DNA of 64,000 nucleotides from Neoechinorhynchus agilis (Eukaryota; Animalia; Acanthocephala), in assembly GCA_051530055.1 (NCBI GenBank), contig CM121341.1, forward strand, positions 3,879,761 to 3,943,760. Direction: 5' to 3'. Every line of letters begins with the position of its first letter. Position 1 is the first letter of the stretch. Below, piece by piece: positions 24,091-36,655 of this stretch. The position numbers were made by a program, and so were the translations under genes. The notes under the pieces were generated by a model that was given only the letters and a program-made list of their open reading frames with translations, had not been told where the DNA came from and ran no database searches.

Positions 24091-24599
24091 CTAGAAAAAC
24101 AGGAATGATCTTTTAGAATAGATCATTTTGGTATTGGATTTCAAAGCCGTGTCTAAAAGAGATCCACTCACTGCAATTTTACAAATAATGGGTAGCAAGC
24201 CATCGTGCTCTTAAGTTATCAAATTATCTCTTGTATCCCGTCTATGCGATTAAGATTGAAATAGTAATTGTTAGGCAACTGTTGCTGTTTCATTGATTCT
24301 GTTTCGTGTTCGATTTAAAGATTTAAGTCAACTGAAATATTAAATAGCAAGTTACTATCTTTACAAATAAGATGAATTAGTTAAACTTGGATAAAAAATG
24401 CAGTCCATAGCATTTAAAAATACGACTCGGGGAACTCAATTCTGCTTTTGCAACCCTCACAGTAAGATGCATCGACAGATTTCCACTTTGATAGAAAAGA
24501 AGCAAATGAAAAGTGTTGCGAAATCTGTGAAAAGCAGGGAAATACCATGAACCGATCAATGATTTTCAATGTAATATTTTGCTTCTTGCGGATGCATTA

Positions 24600-27140
24600 A
24601 ATTCTCTTCGATGAAATTCAAAGCGAATTCCTCCGTAATTTTAAGAGAAAGTCTGGCCTATCTTTTTCATTATACTCCTGCAATGTTAGTCGTCCCACCA
24701 CAATTCCACTGTAACACCCTAAGATCCCCACCATTACCTGTGCCTTCGAATTATCAGAGATTTCTGGCGTTTGCATTGGATATGAAGGCCGCTGTTCCAT
24801 CGTTGATAAGCGAGGTTTGAGTTTTAATGATCCTATTGACAAAATTTTGTGTTTCCTTGAATTATATGCACAATGCGTTTTCCTGATCGCAAAACTAAAA
24901 CTAAATTGTTAATAAGAGGCATTGTTTGCAACGTTCCAAATCAAGACCAAGTTCGATCACTCCTTGCCTCCCTCAAAGACATAAATCGCAACATTTTTTA
25001 TTACTTATATACCTGAATCCCCCGTTGCCGAACCTCTCATGCACACCACAGCTACCATCTTATTCGTATCACTCAACTTCTTTTCCCCGACTTGCATTCT
25101 GCATTTCCTTCATCAACAACAGTTATGCGCATTTCCTCTAAAATTCCTTCGCTTACGTCCTCTCAAAGTAACTTTCAATGTGTTTCAGTTAAGATGATTA
25201 CGTCGACTTTTTAAATAGATGAAATGAATGATACTTCACTTAGTTTATGGAGAAGGCTTCGAGTATTAAAATAGGAAATGGAACTTGGGGTTTATGTACA
25301 TTGCGAGTGAAAATAAGGGAGATTGCGGTTGGTTTGGTTGTCTTTCTATGATAAAGTCCAGGAGCGAATCAAAAATTTGTGGTGCGATGAGTGATTGACA
25401 GAGTGAGGAAAAGAGTTTTGAGTGGGGAATTGGTGTGGATCAACAACGATTGGATATGCCGATTTGTGGTATACTCGTGCAGGGGGGTTCTATTCCGCCC
25501 GAGAACTCTGACAACTCTCGTGCCCTTACCACTCGCTCAACATCAGATGAGCGTCAAAAATCACCTCGCTTATCCGTCTGGGTTAAACCAAATCATAACA
25601 TCTAAAAAAATTTGAAATTTTTCAATTCCATGATTCACACCATTCACTCTGGTAAAACAAATGACCCTTCCTTCTACCATGCCCTCCCTAACTTCAATCA
25701 TGAAATACTACCTAAGTTTGACAATGCCCAAGAAATTCATTAGTATATCCAACCGTGACTCATCATGGATAACCCCCTCTTGAAACTATTTCAAAATCAA
25801 GCAGTATCTTACTCCTGACTTTCCCCGTTTACAAATAGCTCTAACTAACAAAATACTTGTCGCCCACCACATCCCAGATCCCTTCCTTTATTTGAACTCC
25901 ACTGAATTAAGACAGGTTCTAAATTCCATCAATCAGAACGTTCGCCCTGACTCAATTTACAGTCACTTCTCCACATCAGACACCACACAATCTTTCACGC
26001 CCACACCTGAAACTATTTTCAACTCACCGATACTTCTCTTAGTTTCATCATACCAAGTTCTAAAGCATCCCATGAAATCCCTCGACAATTAGCAAACTCA
26101 CCACCTCCCGCTGAATTCCAGCCTTTGTCCTTCCTCGACCGTCGCCATCACGCTGGCAGCATTGCCCCGTTGTACTGCAAGCGAGATATTTTGTCGAAGG
26201 AATACGCCTGCTCTTGAGTCTCCGGTTGCCTCTCTCAATTTCTTCGAGAGATCCTGGAGCAGAGAGAGTGCCGAGCTGCCGAGCGCTCCATACGTCTCTA
26301 CCCCAAAGAGGACAAAATAGTGAGCCCTCGATAAGTGAAGATATTTCCGTATTTTCCTCCCTTCCGCTGCACTGGCGGCACAACCGGCGACTCTCAATCT
26401 GAAATCCCAAACTGGCTCTTCGCTACATCATCCCCGAACTTCTGGACCCTCTTACCCACATTATAAACCTCAGCTTTTTATATGGCATTTACCTCGCATG
26501 CCTGAAAACTGTCAAAGTTATACTCGTTCCAAAAAAGGGCATCCTATTTCGGCCAAATCATTCCGTCCAATTTCCATTCTACCCGCCGCTCTTTCAAAAA
26601 TCATCGAAAAATGTTTAAATCTCGCCTTCATTCATTTCCCAACGAAAAGTTATCACTCCACAATTTGGCATCTGACCCAAATTTTCTGCAATTGATGCTC
26701 TATTTTGCATTTATGACACACTCTTAAGAAACCTCGACAATAATCCATCTCACGTCACCCGTCTCATTCGACTTGATCTATCTAAAGCTTTTGACTCAGT
26801 GGACCATTCACTCCTTCTCCGGGCCTGCTCCGATTTTGGTATCAACTTGCGGCAGATCCGCTGGCTCGAATCTTATCTTCACAATCGCAAACAATACATT
26901 CACTGCCGAGCTACCTTCTCGATCGCCCTAACCCTCATCAGAGGCGTACCTCAAGGTGCTGTGCTGTCACCCTTTACTTTTAATACTTTCTTAAACGAAC
27001 TTAAACCTCTCTCGTCTTACTCTAAACTTTTCTTATATACTGACGATCTCACCTTCATCACTCAATCACCATCCCACCACTCTGTCCTTAGCATCTTACG
27101 AAATCATCCACATCAAAGATTTCTGCACCAATCACGATGA
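24600..27140 (+). mobile_element. Degenerate CR1/L2/Jockey-like LINE ORF2 pieces (APE to RT), with a short inverted piece near 25200-25400
   Basis: VLFRP (APE-like); ELLDPLTHIINLS..KVILVPKKG; FRPISILPAALSKIIEK; DLSKAFDSVDH..WLESYLHNRKQ..RGVPQGAVLSPFTF..LYTDD. Confidence 0.8.
26098..26390 (-). mobile_element. CRE-like REL C-terminal fragment inserted in the LINE
   Basis: AASAAEGRKIRKY..FGVETYG..QNISLAVQRGNAASV..SGRW*; same subfamily as the 19793 and 21919 copies, but stops at the TGA with no 3'UTR or poly(A). Confidence 0.85.
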
Positions 27141-28029
27141 TTCCCTCACTCTCCCGCACCCTACGAGTCACCTCCCTGAGAATTCTGAGTCTCTGATTTC
27201 AATCAAATCTGAAATGTAACTTTTCCCTAAAACGCAATACCTCGATGGCTTCGTGGGTTTCGGTGGAAGTTTTCAGGATGGTCAAAAGTCATACCTGATA
27301 ATCTCATAAGATCAATAAATTGAGACAAAACTGTTTTGGTAGGTCGGTATTGATGGTATTTGGACACCATTTCATAGGCCCAAACCAAGATGTCATCCAA
27401 AAGTGAAGAATTCAACGATTAGTCCGTGGTTCGATAGGTAGTATGGAACGTCACTGTCATCTTGATGTCTGCAGTCAAAATCATAAAAATACCACATATG
27501 CAAAATGGTCATAGGTTATTATTTCTCTTATAGTTTTTATTATAATGAAAACAACAATCAGCCCGGGACAGGGGTCGGGTTTAGTGTAGAGCATCACGGT
27601 CTAGTAATAAAAGCGGTAATGCGGTCATGGCTTTAGTTTTTACTGCTGCTCGGTAAAACTGTATAAAATCGTCTTGTCACTTTAAAAACAATCACAAAGG
27701 TCTTGTCCTTGAATGAGAAAATCCATACAAAACCATGCAAAGCCTAAGGGGCTCTGCTTTGAGTGGGGTATCCTTCAGATTGTTAGTCACCAGATACCAT
27801 TAGAACACCAGTTCAATTAATGCTATGAAATTCAACCTCCTCGTGTGAATCTTTAAAATGGACTGCGTGGTTTTGATCCAAATAGATTCTACTTATTAAC
27901 AAATGAGCTATCCATCGATTCCATTGCAGTTTTTAGTTGAAACAGACCCAATTTTGCATTGAAACCGAACTCCAATGATTTTTTTGTTTTGAGACAGAAT
28001 CCATCTATATTTTTTTGTAGTCATTGGCG

Positions 28030-28925
28030 TTTTGACATACGAGCTCACTAGAGATTACACACCCTTTGCTGCATCAGATGAAGAGAGAATTGTTGCAAAA
28101 GCTAAATCCGGGCGCATTTATTGTCCTGACCATTCTCGAGGATCTCGTGATTGGACTTAAAAGTTAATCCAGAAAAGCGATGTGAGTGCATAAAAGGTGT
28201 AACTGATCAACTAAAGGCTTGTAAGCTCTTAATAGACGTTAACTGGTTTACTGTTCATCTCATCGTCAAACCCACGCCTTCTAACTTTAGTGTCTCCGGT
28301 CACATGCATATCGTCTTCAACCTGTTTACCTTAAGACCGTTGGCTTCCAATGCCTCATGCCAACCTTAGACTTCGCTGAGCAAATGTTTCAGCGATCACA
28401 ATCAGGTCATCAGCGAACAGTAGTGTTCGTGGAGGCTTTCGGGCGATTTACTTAGAACCCAGCACATTTATGATAGTGACGAATAGGAACGGACTGAGAG
28501 TTGATCCCTGATGCAATCCAACTGTAACCTCAAAATAGTTTGTCGCTCCCATACTGCATCTGACACAAGTACAGGATCCTTCTCACATGATTTGGATTGC
28601 TCTTATGTATTCCTCGGGACAGTTCTTTCTGAGGCACGTCCATTCCACGGATGCACTGTATAGCGGTTTCTGCTTTTCATTGTACCTCTCGTACAATTGT
28701 CTGATTAGAAAGATCGCTTCTGTTGTGCTCCGCCCTGGCATAAAACTTCTCTGATGTTCTTCGATGCGGATCAACTATTTCCAGACTCCTTCCCGTCATC
28801 GATCCCACATTCAGCGTTGCTATTCTTAGGTCAGTTGTGTAGACTAATTTTTTTAGCTGAGACCGTCCATGCCTCGGTAGCCCTTGATGATTTAACACAA
28901 GTTCCGAGCGAAGAGCTTGCGCGTC
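28030..28925 (-). mobile_element. Internally deleted RTE-clade LINE
   Basis: QGLPRHGR..LRIATLNVGSMTGRSLEIVD (APE start); FMPGRSTTEAIFLIRQL; GLHQG; LLFADDL; LEANGLKVN; C-terminal remnants down to ~28030. Confidence 0.8.
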
Positions 28926-28926
28926 G

Positions 28927-28974
28927 CTCCGCCAAGGACGGTCCTAAGCCCGGCTGATAAAGGAGAAGGGTTGG
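28927..28974 (+). ncRNA. Twister ribozyme-like motif (3' cleavage product of the P1 type), degenerate
   Basis: CTCC-GCC-AAG-G-ACGG-TCCT-AAG-CCCGG-ctg-AT-AAA-GGAG-AAGGG-TTGG aligns, from memory, to the twister consensus (P2 CTCC/GGAG, GCC, UCCCAAGC, GAGGG). It is followed by hairpin GGTGTC/GGCATC and TGTAAAA, as recalled for RTE 5' ends. The 5' P1 strand and UAA are absent. Confidence 0.6.
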
Positions 28975-29619
28975 TGTCAGGAAGGGCATCGAGCTGTAAA
29001 ATTCTTTCCAAATTTTGATCCAAATGACAACAAACAACCGAATGAGTGCAATGGCTCGTTCAAAGGCCTCCACTGCAAAGAAAAATGCGAGAAACACTGG
29101 AGTACCATACAATCACGTTTTTGATGTAATTTAAGCAACAAAGCTTTCTATTGTTTCCAGATTGTGCGAGGGAATTAATTTTGTTCTTTAAAAAGGCTCT
29201 AGTTAAAGCAATCAATGGAAACTCTTGTAACATAAACCACAAGTAACGATTTCTAAAAAGATATCTAGCAACCCGCAAAAAGGAGAACACTTTTGCAACG
29301 CATAAAAACCTAATATGATAAATCTTCTAGAATAAACGTATTTTTATTTTAGGAAAATACGAGTTATCCTTGGTCATGAGAGAAATGTCATTGCACTAAT
29401 TAAGGTATTTGATGCCAAAAAAAATCGGATGCTTTTTAGCTATGAGAGTAAATAAAAAGTTCAATGTTCGCCCACAAAACTACGAATTGAATCGGCTTTC
29501 AACTGGAAATAACGGAATACTGCCGAGCTACTCATTCTTAAGGTTCTAAGTTGAACATTAAAAATAATTCGAGTTTTGGCGATGTTCTTCCCCCGGATTG
29601 TTGTTGCTGTTGATCATTT

Positions 29620-30450
29620 ATTCAAAATATTTCGTCAGCTTTTTGCTTACCTTTTCAAGCTAAAGTCAGAATTGGACTGTAGGCGTAGATCCGCGGGTTC
29701 TCCAAGCGCCGTGTGTATTACCTACGTGCCAGCTGTGGTGATCTAACGTTTTGTTTTTTTCAAGGATTTTCGGATGTACTAGCGTATGATTCGCTTTGTT
29801 ATCCTCCAAGGTTACATTCCCTGTGATGTATATTGCTTCCATTACCATTCTCCTCCGTAAATTAGCTTCAGGCTGTATTGTTGATGCTCCTCCGAAGTCC
29901 GTACGGCGTTTTTCTTCTCCTGATGATTGGAGATCGCTGAGGAACCATCAAACCTCCTGCACGCCTGTTTGTGTTGTGCTATTCTTTTGGACAATCCTTG
30001 CATCTTCCATGCATGGGATTTTATATATCTCCTTTGTGCATAATCTACAGTTCTTCTTAAGTAATCCCGCGATAGTTGGACTTTTCTTGTACGAGATACG
30101 ATCCAACTTCTCGAAAATCCGCGGTATTCAAACTCCAAAATAAATCGTTACTCTCAAGGAAGTAACGAAAAACAATCTATGATCCCAACGGACGATGTCG
30201 GCAAAAATGCAAAACCAACACATTTTAATCTGATCTTCCAAGAAAAACGCGCTACGCAGTATGAAAAAGCGCATCCCGAGGACCAACCGTCCATATTCCA
30301 ATTTAGAAACGATGCATTAACGACGGCGTTTTACTGACGAAGACACGAACGAATCATCACGAACACTTAAATGGTCTAACCGATTTTCGTCACGAAGTTT
30401 TTCGAGTCTTTTTGTGATCGTTCATTAATCGTCTAGCTTTACACCTTGCG
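29620..30450 (-). mobile_element. Penelope-like element remnant (RT thumb, GIY-YIG end, decayed hammerhead)
   Basis: FLNWN; LSKRIAQHKQACRRFDGSSAISNH; MVMEAIYI. Just downstream (29660 to 29621): cTTGAAAA-G-GTAAGC-aaaaaa-GCTGAC-GAAA-TATT. Confidence 0.65.
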
Positions 30451-30947
30451 ATAACGTAGCGCTCAGAGCTTCGTTTCGTTTGAAAACGAAACTCGCACGA
30501 ATCAAAAATCCTGGGAACACTCCTCGGGGCTAAAATGACATGGCAGGAGCTCGATTGTGCAAAGCGAAACCGAATTTCCGGGCCAGATAAATCACTTCAT
30601 CGATATTCCCAAGCGACAGGTAGAATTCTAAGCGAAAATATTGCTAGCCGACAGTGAGATTTGCACAACGGCAGCTTTTAAAGAAGAACGATTAATACCA
30701 GTAAAAGCCTTCAAGAATTGAACTCATTGAGCCATAAATTCAATATTAAAAAAACCCTTTAAAGTTGTTGAAATCGATAGTCAATAATTAACACATAGTT
30801 AACTCTCAAAAGGAAGTCATATTTCGAAATTTTAAAAAAGAAAGAGATATTGAAGCATTTTCCGAACGAAATATCAATAGCTGTCGAAAGAAACCTCTTG
30901 GTTAGTGTTGTAATGCTTTAACCTCCACTCTTCAGTTTTTATTCCGA

Positions 30948-31745
30948 ATGGAATTTCAGACTTTGCTCGAGATGGCGGATAGTGCTTCTAAGATGATAGC
31001 TGAACTCAAAAAGAAAGTTGGAGCTTTAGAATCAGACGAGCATCGACGAGTAGCAGTTGCCGAGCATAAATATCTAAGTGCTCAATGCTCCCGGTTGGTT
31101 CAGGAGCTGAAGGACATTGAAGCGAATGTGGCAAACCGGATTTCTGATATTTCAAAGAAAGTACAAGAGAAAGATATTGAACAGTCGGCGTCATTACTTG
31201 GACCAAAAAAATCATCTAAAGTTCAGAAGCCACCATCTCCCGTTGACATTTCTCGATTTGACCTTCGTATTGGCCACATCGAGAAGGTGGAGCGGCATCC
31301 AAACGCCGATAAACTGTATGTTAGTCTCATTAATGTTGGTGAAAGTAGCCCGAGGACTGTTTGTAGCGGACTCGTCGGTCACATTGAACAGTCTGACCTG
31401 GAGAATTCTATGGCAATCGTGCTTTGCAATCTTAAGGCTGCAAAGATCCGCGGAATTAAAAGTGAAGCGATGATAATGTGTGCCAACGAAACTTCAGCTT
31501 CTGGCGAATATACTGTAAAGCTTTTAAAAGTGGACGGTTCAACAAATGCCGGCGATAGAGTCACTTGCGATGGGTTTGAGAATGAATGCTACGATAAAAG
31601 TTTACAAAGTCAAGTGGTTTTTCAAATTTTGAAGGATTTAAAGACTAACGAACGATGTGAAGGGTGCTATAAGGGACACATTTTGAGGGTCAAGGATGTG
31701 GGAGTTGTAGTTGCCGAAGGAATGCCTCTGGCCAATATAAAATAA
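30948..31745 (+). CDS. AIMP1: Aminoacyl-tRNA synthetase complex-interacting protein 1 (p43/EMAP II), single exon
   Basis: N-terminal coiled coil; tRNA-binding OB domain VDISRFDLRIGHI..HPNADKLYV..VG..RTVCSGLV..LCNLK..RGIKSEAMIMCA..GDRV. Confidence 0.92.
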   Translation: MEFQTLLEMADSASKMIAELKKKVGALESDEHRRVAVAEHKYLSAQCSRLVQELKDIEANVANRISDISKKVQEKDIEQSASLLGPKKSSKVQKPPSPVDISRFDLRIGHIEKVERHPNADKLYVSLINVGESSPRTVCSGLVGHIEQSDLENSMAIVLCNLKAAKIRGIKSEAMIMCANETSASGEYTVKLLKVDGSTNAGDRVTCDGFENECYDKSLQSQVVFQILKDLKTNERCEGCYKGHILRVKDVGVVVAEGMPLANIK

Positions 31746-32644
31746 AGACAATTCTCTTCAAGTGATATTTTGTTCAGTTTCTTGTACGTTTTAGTTTGGA
31801 AGAGTGGCGTTTTCCCATTAAATTCTCAATGGTCGGGCAGTCCGAAGACTGTACGTCTTGCATCCGTCCGGATAATTCTTGAGTATTCGCTGCCAATAAT
31901 GAGTCGAAATAGCGGTTAAGGCAATAAAAATGACCTTAGAACTCAAGCTACTTTAAAATATTCTCATTTACAAATCTCTCGTCATTAACACACAATTCGA
32001 ATTCAATTTTAATATCTTTAATTTGAGGCGATTTTCAGGTTTGAGCATTTAATAAACTTTGAAATATGCATCCGTCTTATTTTTATGATTCCATCAAAAT
32101 CAAGGCCTCTTAATTAAGGATCGACGATTTGATTAGCCAAAGTCAAACGCTTTAAGGCACTGTTTTAGGATCCATCACAGTATTAATATATTTTCCGCAA
32201 TTTTGCGAACTATTTTAACTTGACTTCAGTCTAAATATTTCGCGAAAACGTAATTTGTTCATTCTTCATTCGAAAAAGTTTAGATAATGATTATTTGTAG
32301 ATTTCACGATTGATGCTCTTAATAACAGTTGCGATATTGATGAGAAGATCATTTTGATTATCCGTGTTTACTCGAAGAATAATCGCAGGATTTGTATAAT
32401 GGTAATTTCTATTTCTAATGAAATACTGTCTTCATTTTAAAAACACAAATATAATAATCTAATAGCTTTACAATTCTCAAATTTCGAGCATTTCATTTGT
32501 TTTATTTATTTGTTGCTTTCGCATGGAAATAAATGGTCATTATTTGTTCAAAATATAGATTATTGGTATAAACAAGTCGAACAAAACGTCTAACAGTCAT
32601 CTCATCCAATTGCCGATCGAACGTTTAGCAATCGAAACAGCAAT

Positions 32645-34749
32645 ATGCACCAAACTCTTGAACGAACCAGAAGTCCGCCATTTGAGCATTTCGATCATTC
32701 TTATTTATTTCCAGAGGTATGAACCGCTTGTTGAATAATTCTGAAGACATTTTCATCCGTTATTTATAGACAATTCAACAAATTCAAAAGATAGAAGATT
32801 TCCCAAACTTATCCATCAACAGAAAACCAATTGAACCATCAGCGCGATCACGGCAAGAAATTGTTCCAACATTGCAGGGAGCGATGCAATTGCCAAAACG
32901 AAATTGCCCTGTACGGCCTCCGGGTTTTGAGCGTATTTTTACAGGAGAAATGCAATCGATATTTAACAAGCAATCGACAGAATGGGTTTTGGAGCCACCT
33001 CCCGGATTTGAAGGCATTTCAAACGTAGAAATGCAACCGATTTTTAACAGACCAACCACAGAATTAGTTTTGGAACCACCTCCCGGACTTGAACGTATTG
33101 CAAACGGAGAAATGCAATCGATTTTTAACAGGTCTACCAGAAAATTAGTTTTGGAACCACCCCCTGGATTTGAAAGTATTTCAAACGGAGAAATGAAATC
33201 GATATTTAACAGGTCTACCCGAAAATTAGTTTTGGAACCACCCCCTGGATTTGAAAGTATTTCAAACGGAGAAATGAAATCGATATTTAACCGGCCAACC
33301 ACCGAATTAGTTTTGGAACCACCTCCCGGACTTGAAAGTATTTCAAGCGGAGAATTGCAATCGATATTTAACAGGCAATCTACAGAATCAGTTTTGGAAC
33401 CACCTCCCGGACTTGAACGTATTGCAAACGGAGAAATGCAATCCATTTTTAATAGGCAATCCACAGAATGGGTTTTGGAACAACCTCCCGGACTTGAAAG
33501 TATTTCAAACGGAGAATTGCAATCGATATTTAACAGGCAATCCACAGAATTATTTTTGGAACCACCTCCCGGACTTGAACGTATTGCAAACGGAGAAATG
33601 CAATCGATTTTTAACAGGCCTACCGCAAAATTAGTTTTGGAACCACCCCCAGGATTTGAAAGTATTTCGAGCGCAGAAATGCAATCGATATTTAACAGGC
33701 AATCCACAGAATTAGTTTTGGAACCACCTCCCGGATTTGAAAGTATTTCAAACGGAGAAATGAAATCGATATTTAACAGGCCAAGCACAGAATTAGTTTT
33801 GGAACCTCCTCCCGGATTTGAAAGTATTTCAAACGGAGAAATGAAATCGATAATTAACAGGCAATCCGCAGAATGGGTTTTGGAACCACCTCCGGGGTTT
33901 GAACTTATTTTAAACGGAGAAATGCAATCGATATTTAACAAGCCAAGCACAGAATTAGTTTGGGAACCACCTCCCGGATTTGAAAGTATTTCAAACGGAG
34001 AAATGAAATCGATATTTAACAGGCCAACCACCGAATTAATTTTGGAACCACCTCCCAGATTTGAAAGTATTCCAAACGGAGAAATGCAATCGATATTTAA
34101 CAGGCCAACCACGGAATTAGTTTTTGAGTCACCCCCTGGATTTCAGCGTATTTCAAACGGAGAAATGCAATCGATATTTAACAGGCCAACCACAAAATTA
34201 GTTTTGGAACAACCTCCGGGGTTTGAACTTATTTTAAACGGAGAAAAGCAATCGATATTTAACAGGCCAAGCACAGAATTAGTTTTGAGACCACCTCCCG
34301 GATTTGAGCGTATTTTAAACGGAGAAATGCAATCGACATCTAACAGACCATCCACAGAATTAGTTTTGAGACCACCTCCCGGATTTGAGCGTATTTCAAA
34401 CGGAGAAATGCAATCGACATCTAACAGATCATCCACAGAATTAGTTTTGAGACCACCTCCCGGATTTGAGCGTATTTTAAACAGAGAAACGCAATCGATT
34501 TTTAACAGACCAACCTCAGAATTAATTTTGGAACCACCTCCCGGATTTGAGCGTATTTCAAACGGAGAAATGCAATCGATATCTAACAGACCATCCACAG
34601 AATTAGTTTTGAGACCACCTCCGGGACCTGAGCACATTCATCCTAAGTGGCGGCCACCAAAGCCCATATCACTTCTCCTTGACGGTCGCGATTCAGAATT
34701 TAATGGATGCTTACTGCTCCATTCGCAGTATCGTCAGTTCGCCTCCTGA
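32645..34749 (+). CDS. Orphan protein with 22 tandem 27-aa PPPG(F/L) repeats; proposed exons 32645-32716 and 32770-34749
   Basis: 81-bp units with no indels or stops across ~1.75 kb despite many substitutions. A 53-bp intron (GTATGA..TTTATAG, 32717-32769) removes an in-frame TAG and joins in phase 0. Further upstream exons are possible. Confidence 0.65.
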
Positions 34750-35866
34750 ACTAGGATACACTTTCCAAATCCGGATAAATATATTCTTCTCCGGTTTGCT
34801 ATATCTCTCATATAACCTTGAAGCTTATAATATTTATTAGAACCATAAATTTATTTATCATTAGTCATTTATCTAACTTGTTATCAATTTCTTTTTTGAG
34901 TCAAATACATACGTTTTTCCATTTGACAAGATATTCTTTATCTTGTCTTTAGATATTTTCTCTTATCAAATTGAGAACTTTGATTAAATTCTAACATTTC
35001 ATAAAGTAAAACTTCATTCGAATGTAATGAGCATTAAAATGCCTAAAACTTTCATTTATGTAATCTCCAGGTTTACATAATATCCTTTTTTATCGACCAA
35101 AAAATATTTTAAGTTCGGTTCTTTTTCTCGGTGGACCGATTCTCGATACCGACGAAAATCGCATAAAACATGAGTGAATGAGTTATACGCACTTTTAGCT
35201 TTTTGTAAGTATTGTTCACGTTTGAAGAAATCGAAGATGGTGCGAATTATGCTTTCAATTTATTTGAATCTTAATCTTCTCCTTGTAAAATGACTGTCGT
35301 CTTTACTCGAGAAAAGATAGCTCCGGTGAGTAGAGCTCGACTGAATATCGATTGTCCAGAAGACGGCCAAAGAATTTATACAGTAATTTAAATTGTAATG
35401 AGATGAATCCAAATTTTAAGAGAAACGCTCGTAAATGTGCTATTAGATTAACTCATGGATTTCTGAAGAATAAGACTATAATTTGGATTTTGTGATTGAA
35501 AAAGCTGCAAAGATATTTTAGAAACGAAAGCGAGTTTGGCAGATCGAAGTGTAAAATATAAGACTTGTGAACGTTTAGGACTTGTTTTAGCTAGAAATTC
35601 GTGTGAAAAAACGAGCAATGAATAAAGATGTTTAGAAGTTCCACGGGAGTTAAATGTACAAAGTAAATACAAGACGAGAATTTGATCTCCATTTAAAAGG
35701 CAATAAAAAGAGTTAGTTTGGAATGGCGTAGAAATTTTAAGTTTATTTTAAAATACGACTTGATCCGTCTCTTCGAAATCTTTTCTATTTGAGAAGAGCG
35801 CAGACCGCATTCGGTTTTATTCACTATATTTATTGTCACTCGAAAAAATGAAACTCTCCTACAGAA

Positions 35867-36655
35867 TTATTTCTGCATTAAATTCATCAAATCACTCTCA
35901 AATTCATTAAGCAGAGTTAAATAATCACATTTCTCAAGCTCAGCATTTGCTACTTTTCTAACGTTTTCTTTAACATTCTTCAATGCATCCAGAAGAGCGT
36001 TCAATGTGCAATGGCGCTCTTCAGTGGTTTCACATCTCTTCGCCATAATGCACTTTGTACATGTTACCAAATATTTTACTACAGATTTTCTAATATCTAA
36101 ATCAATACTAATCAAATCATCTACCGTTAATTTCGTGATTTCGATTATTTGGCGTTCAGTTGCACCCAAGCATGAGCAGAGCTCTTCACAAAATAAGCGT
36201 TCGACCATCATGTGCTCTGCCTCCATTGCAATCTCAATATATTTCATCAATTGATTTCGCTCGCCTTTTCTTGGCATGTTTAGTGCTTCGTATATCGATT
36301 TTATACTGTAAGATTTGAAGAGCTCAATGATTTGTTTTCGCGAACGTTGATCTTTTAATCCGGTATCAAACGATTCATTCTCCTGAACGTTTTCAAACTT
36401 CGTCGTCTCACATATCGATTCTTTTAAATTACTTTTTCGGTTTGACATTTCGATCGATCCACTTTCCTTTCGTTTCTTCATTTGCATTATCTTTTTCTTA
36501 GTCGTCATTGATTGATTTTTCAATCCATTTTTCATTTTGGAACCACCTTCAATCTTGGCGATTTTTCCTTCGATGTTTCCATTTCTCCTACACTTTTTGC
36601 AGCAAGCATTACACAATTTCGTCGGTTTAAAAAGTAATTCGTTCTCATCGTTCAT
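35867..36655 (-). CDS. 262-aa ORF, basic low-complexity N-half and HEAT/TOG-like helical C-half; may be a terminal exon
   Basis: Long open frame in AT-rich DNA; LLDALKNVKENVRKVANAEL resembles a HEAT repeat. No family recognised. Confidence 0.5.
   Translation of the reverse strand: MNDENELLFKPTKLCNACCKKCRRNGNIEGKIAKIEGGSKMKNGLKNQSMTTKKKIMQMKKRKESGSIEMSNRKSNLKESICETTKFENVQENESFDTGLKDQRSRKQIIELFKSYSIKSIYEALNMPRKGERNQLMKYIEIAMEAEHMMVERLFCEELCSCLGATERQIIEITKLTVDDLISIDLDIRKSVVKYLVTCTKCIMAKRCETTEERHCTLNALLDALKNVKENVRKVANAELEKCDYLTLLNEFESDLMNLMQK

Noticed and set aside
28090-28130. RPDLAFA on minus, resembling the Copia RT motif TRPDIAFA
   Set aside because: Collinear with the RTE C-terminal remnants (RWxDxIxxDL region); no other Copia motifs nearby.
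32784-34637. Antisense ORFs (NPGGGSKT repeats) over the 81-bp array
   Set aside because: Interrupted by a stop, no supporting exon structure, and explained as the mirror of the sense frame.
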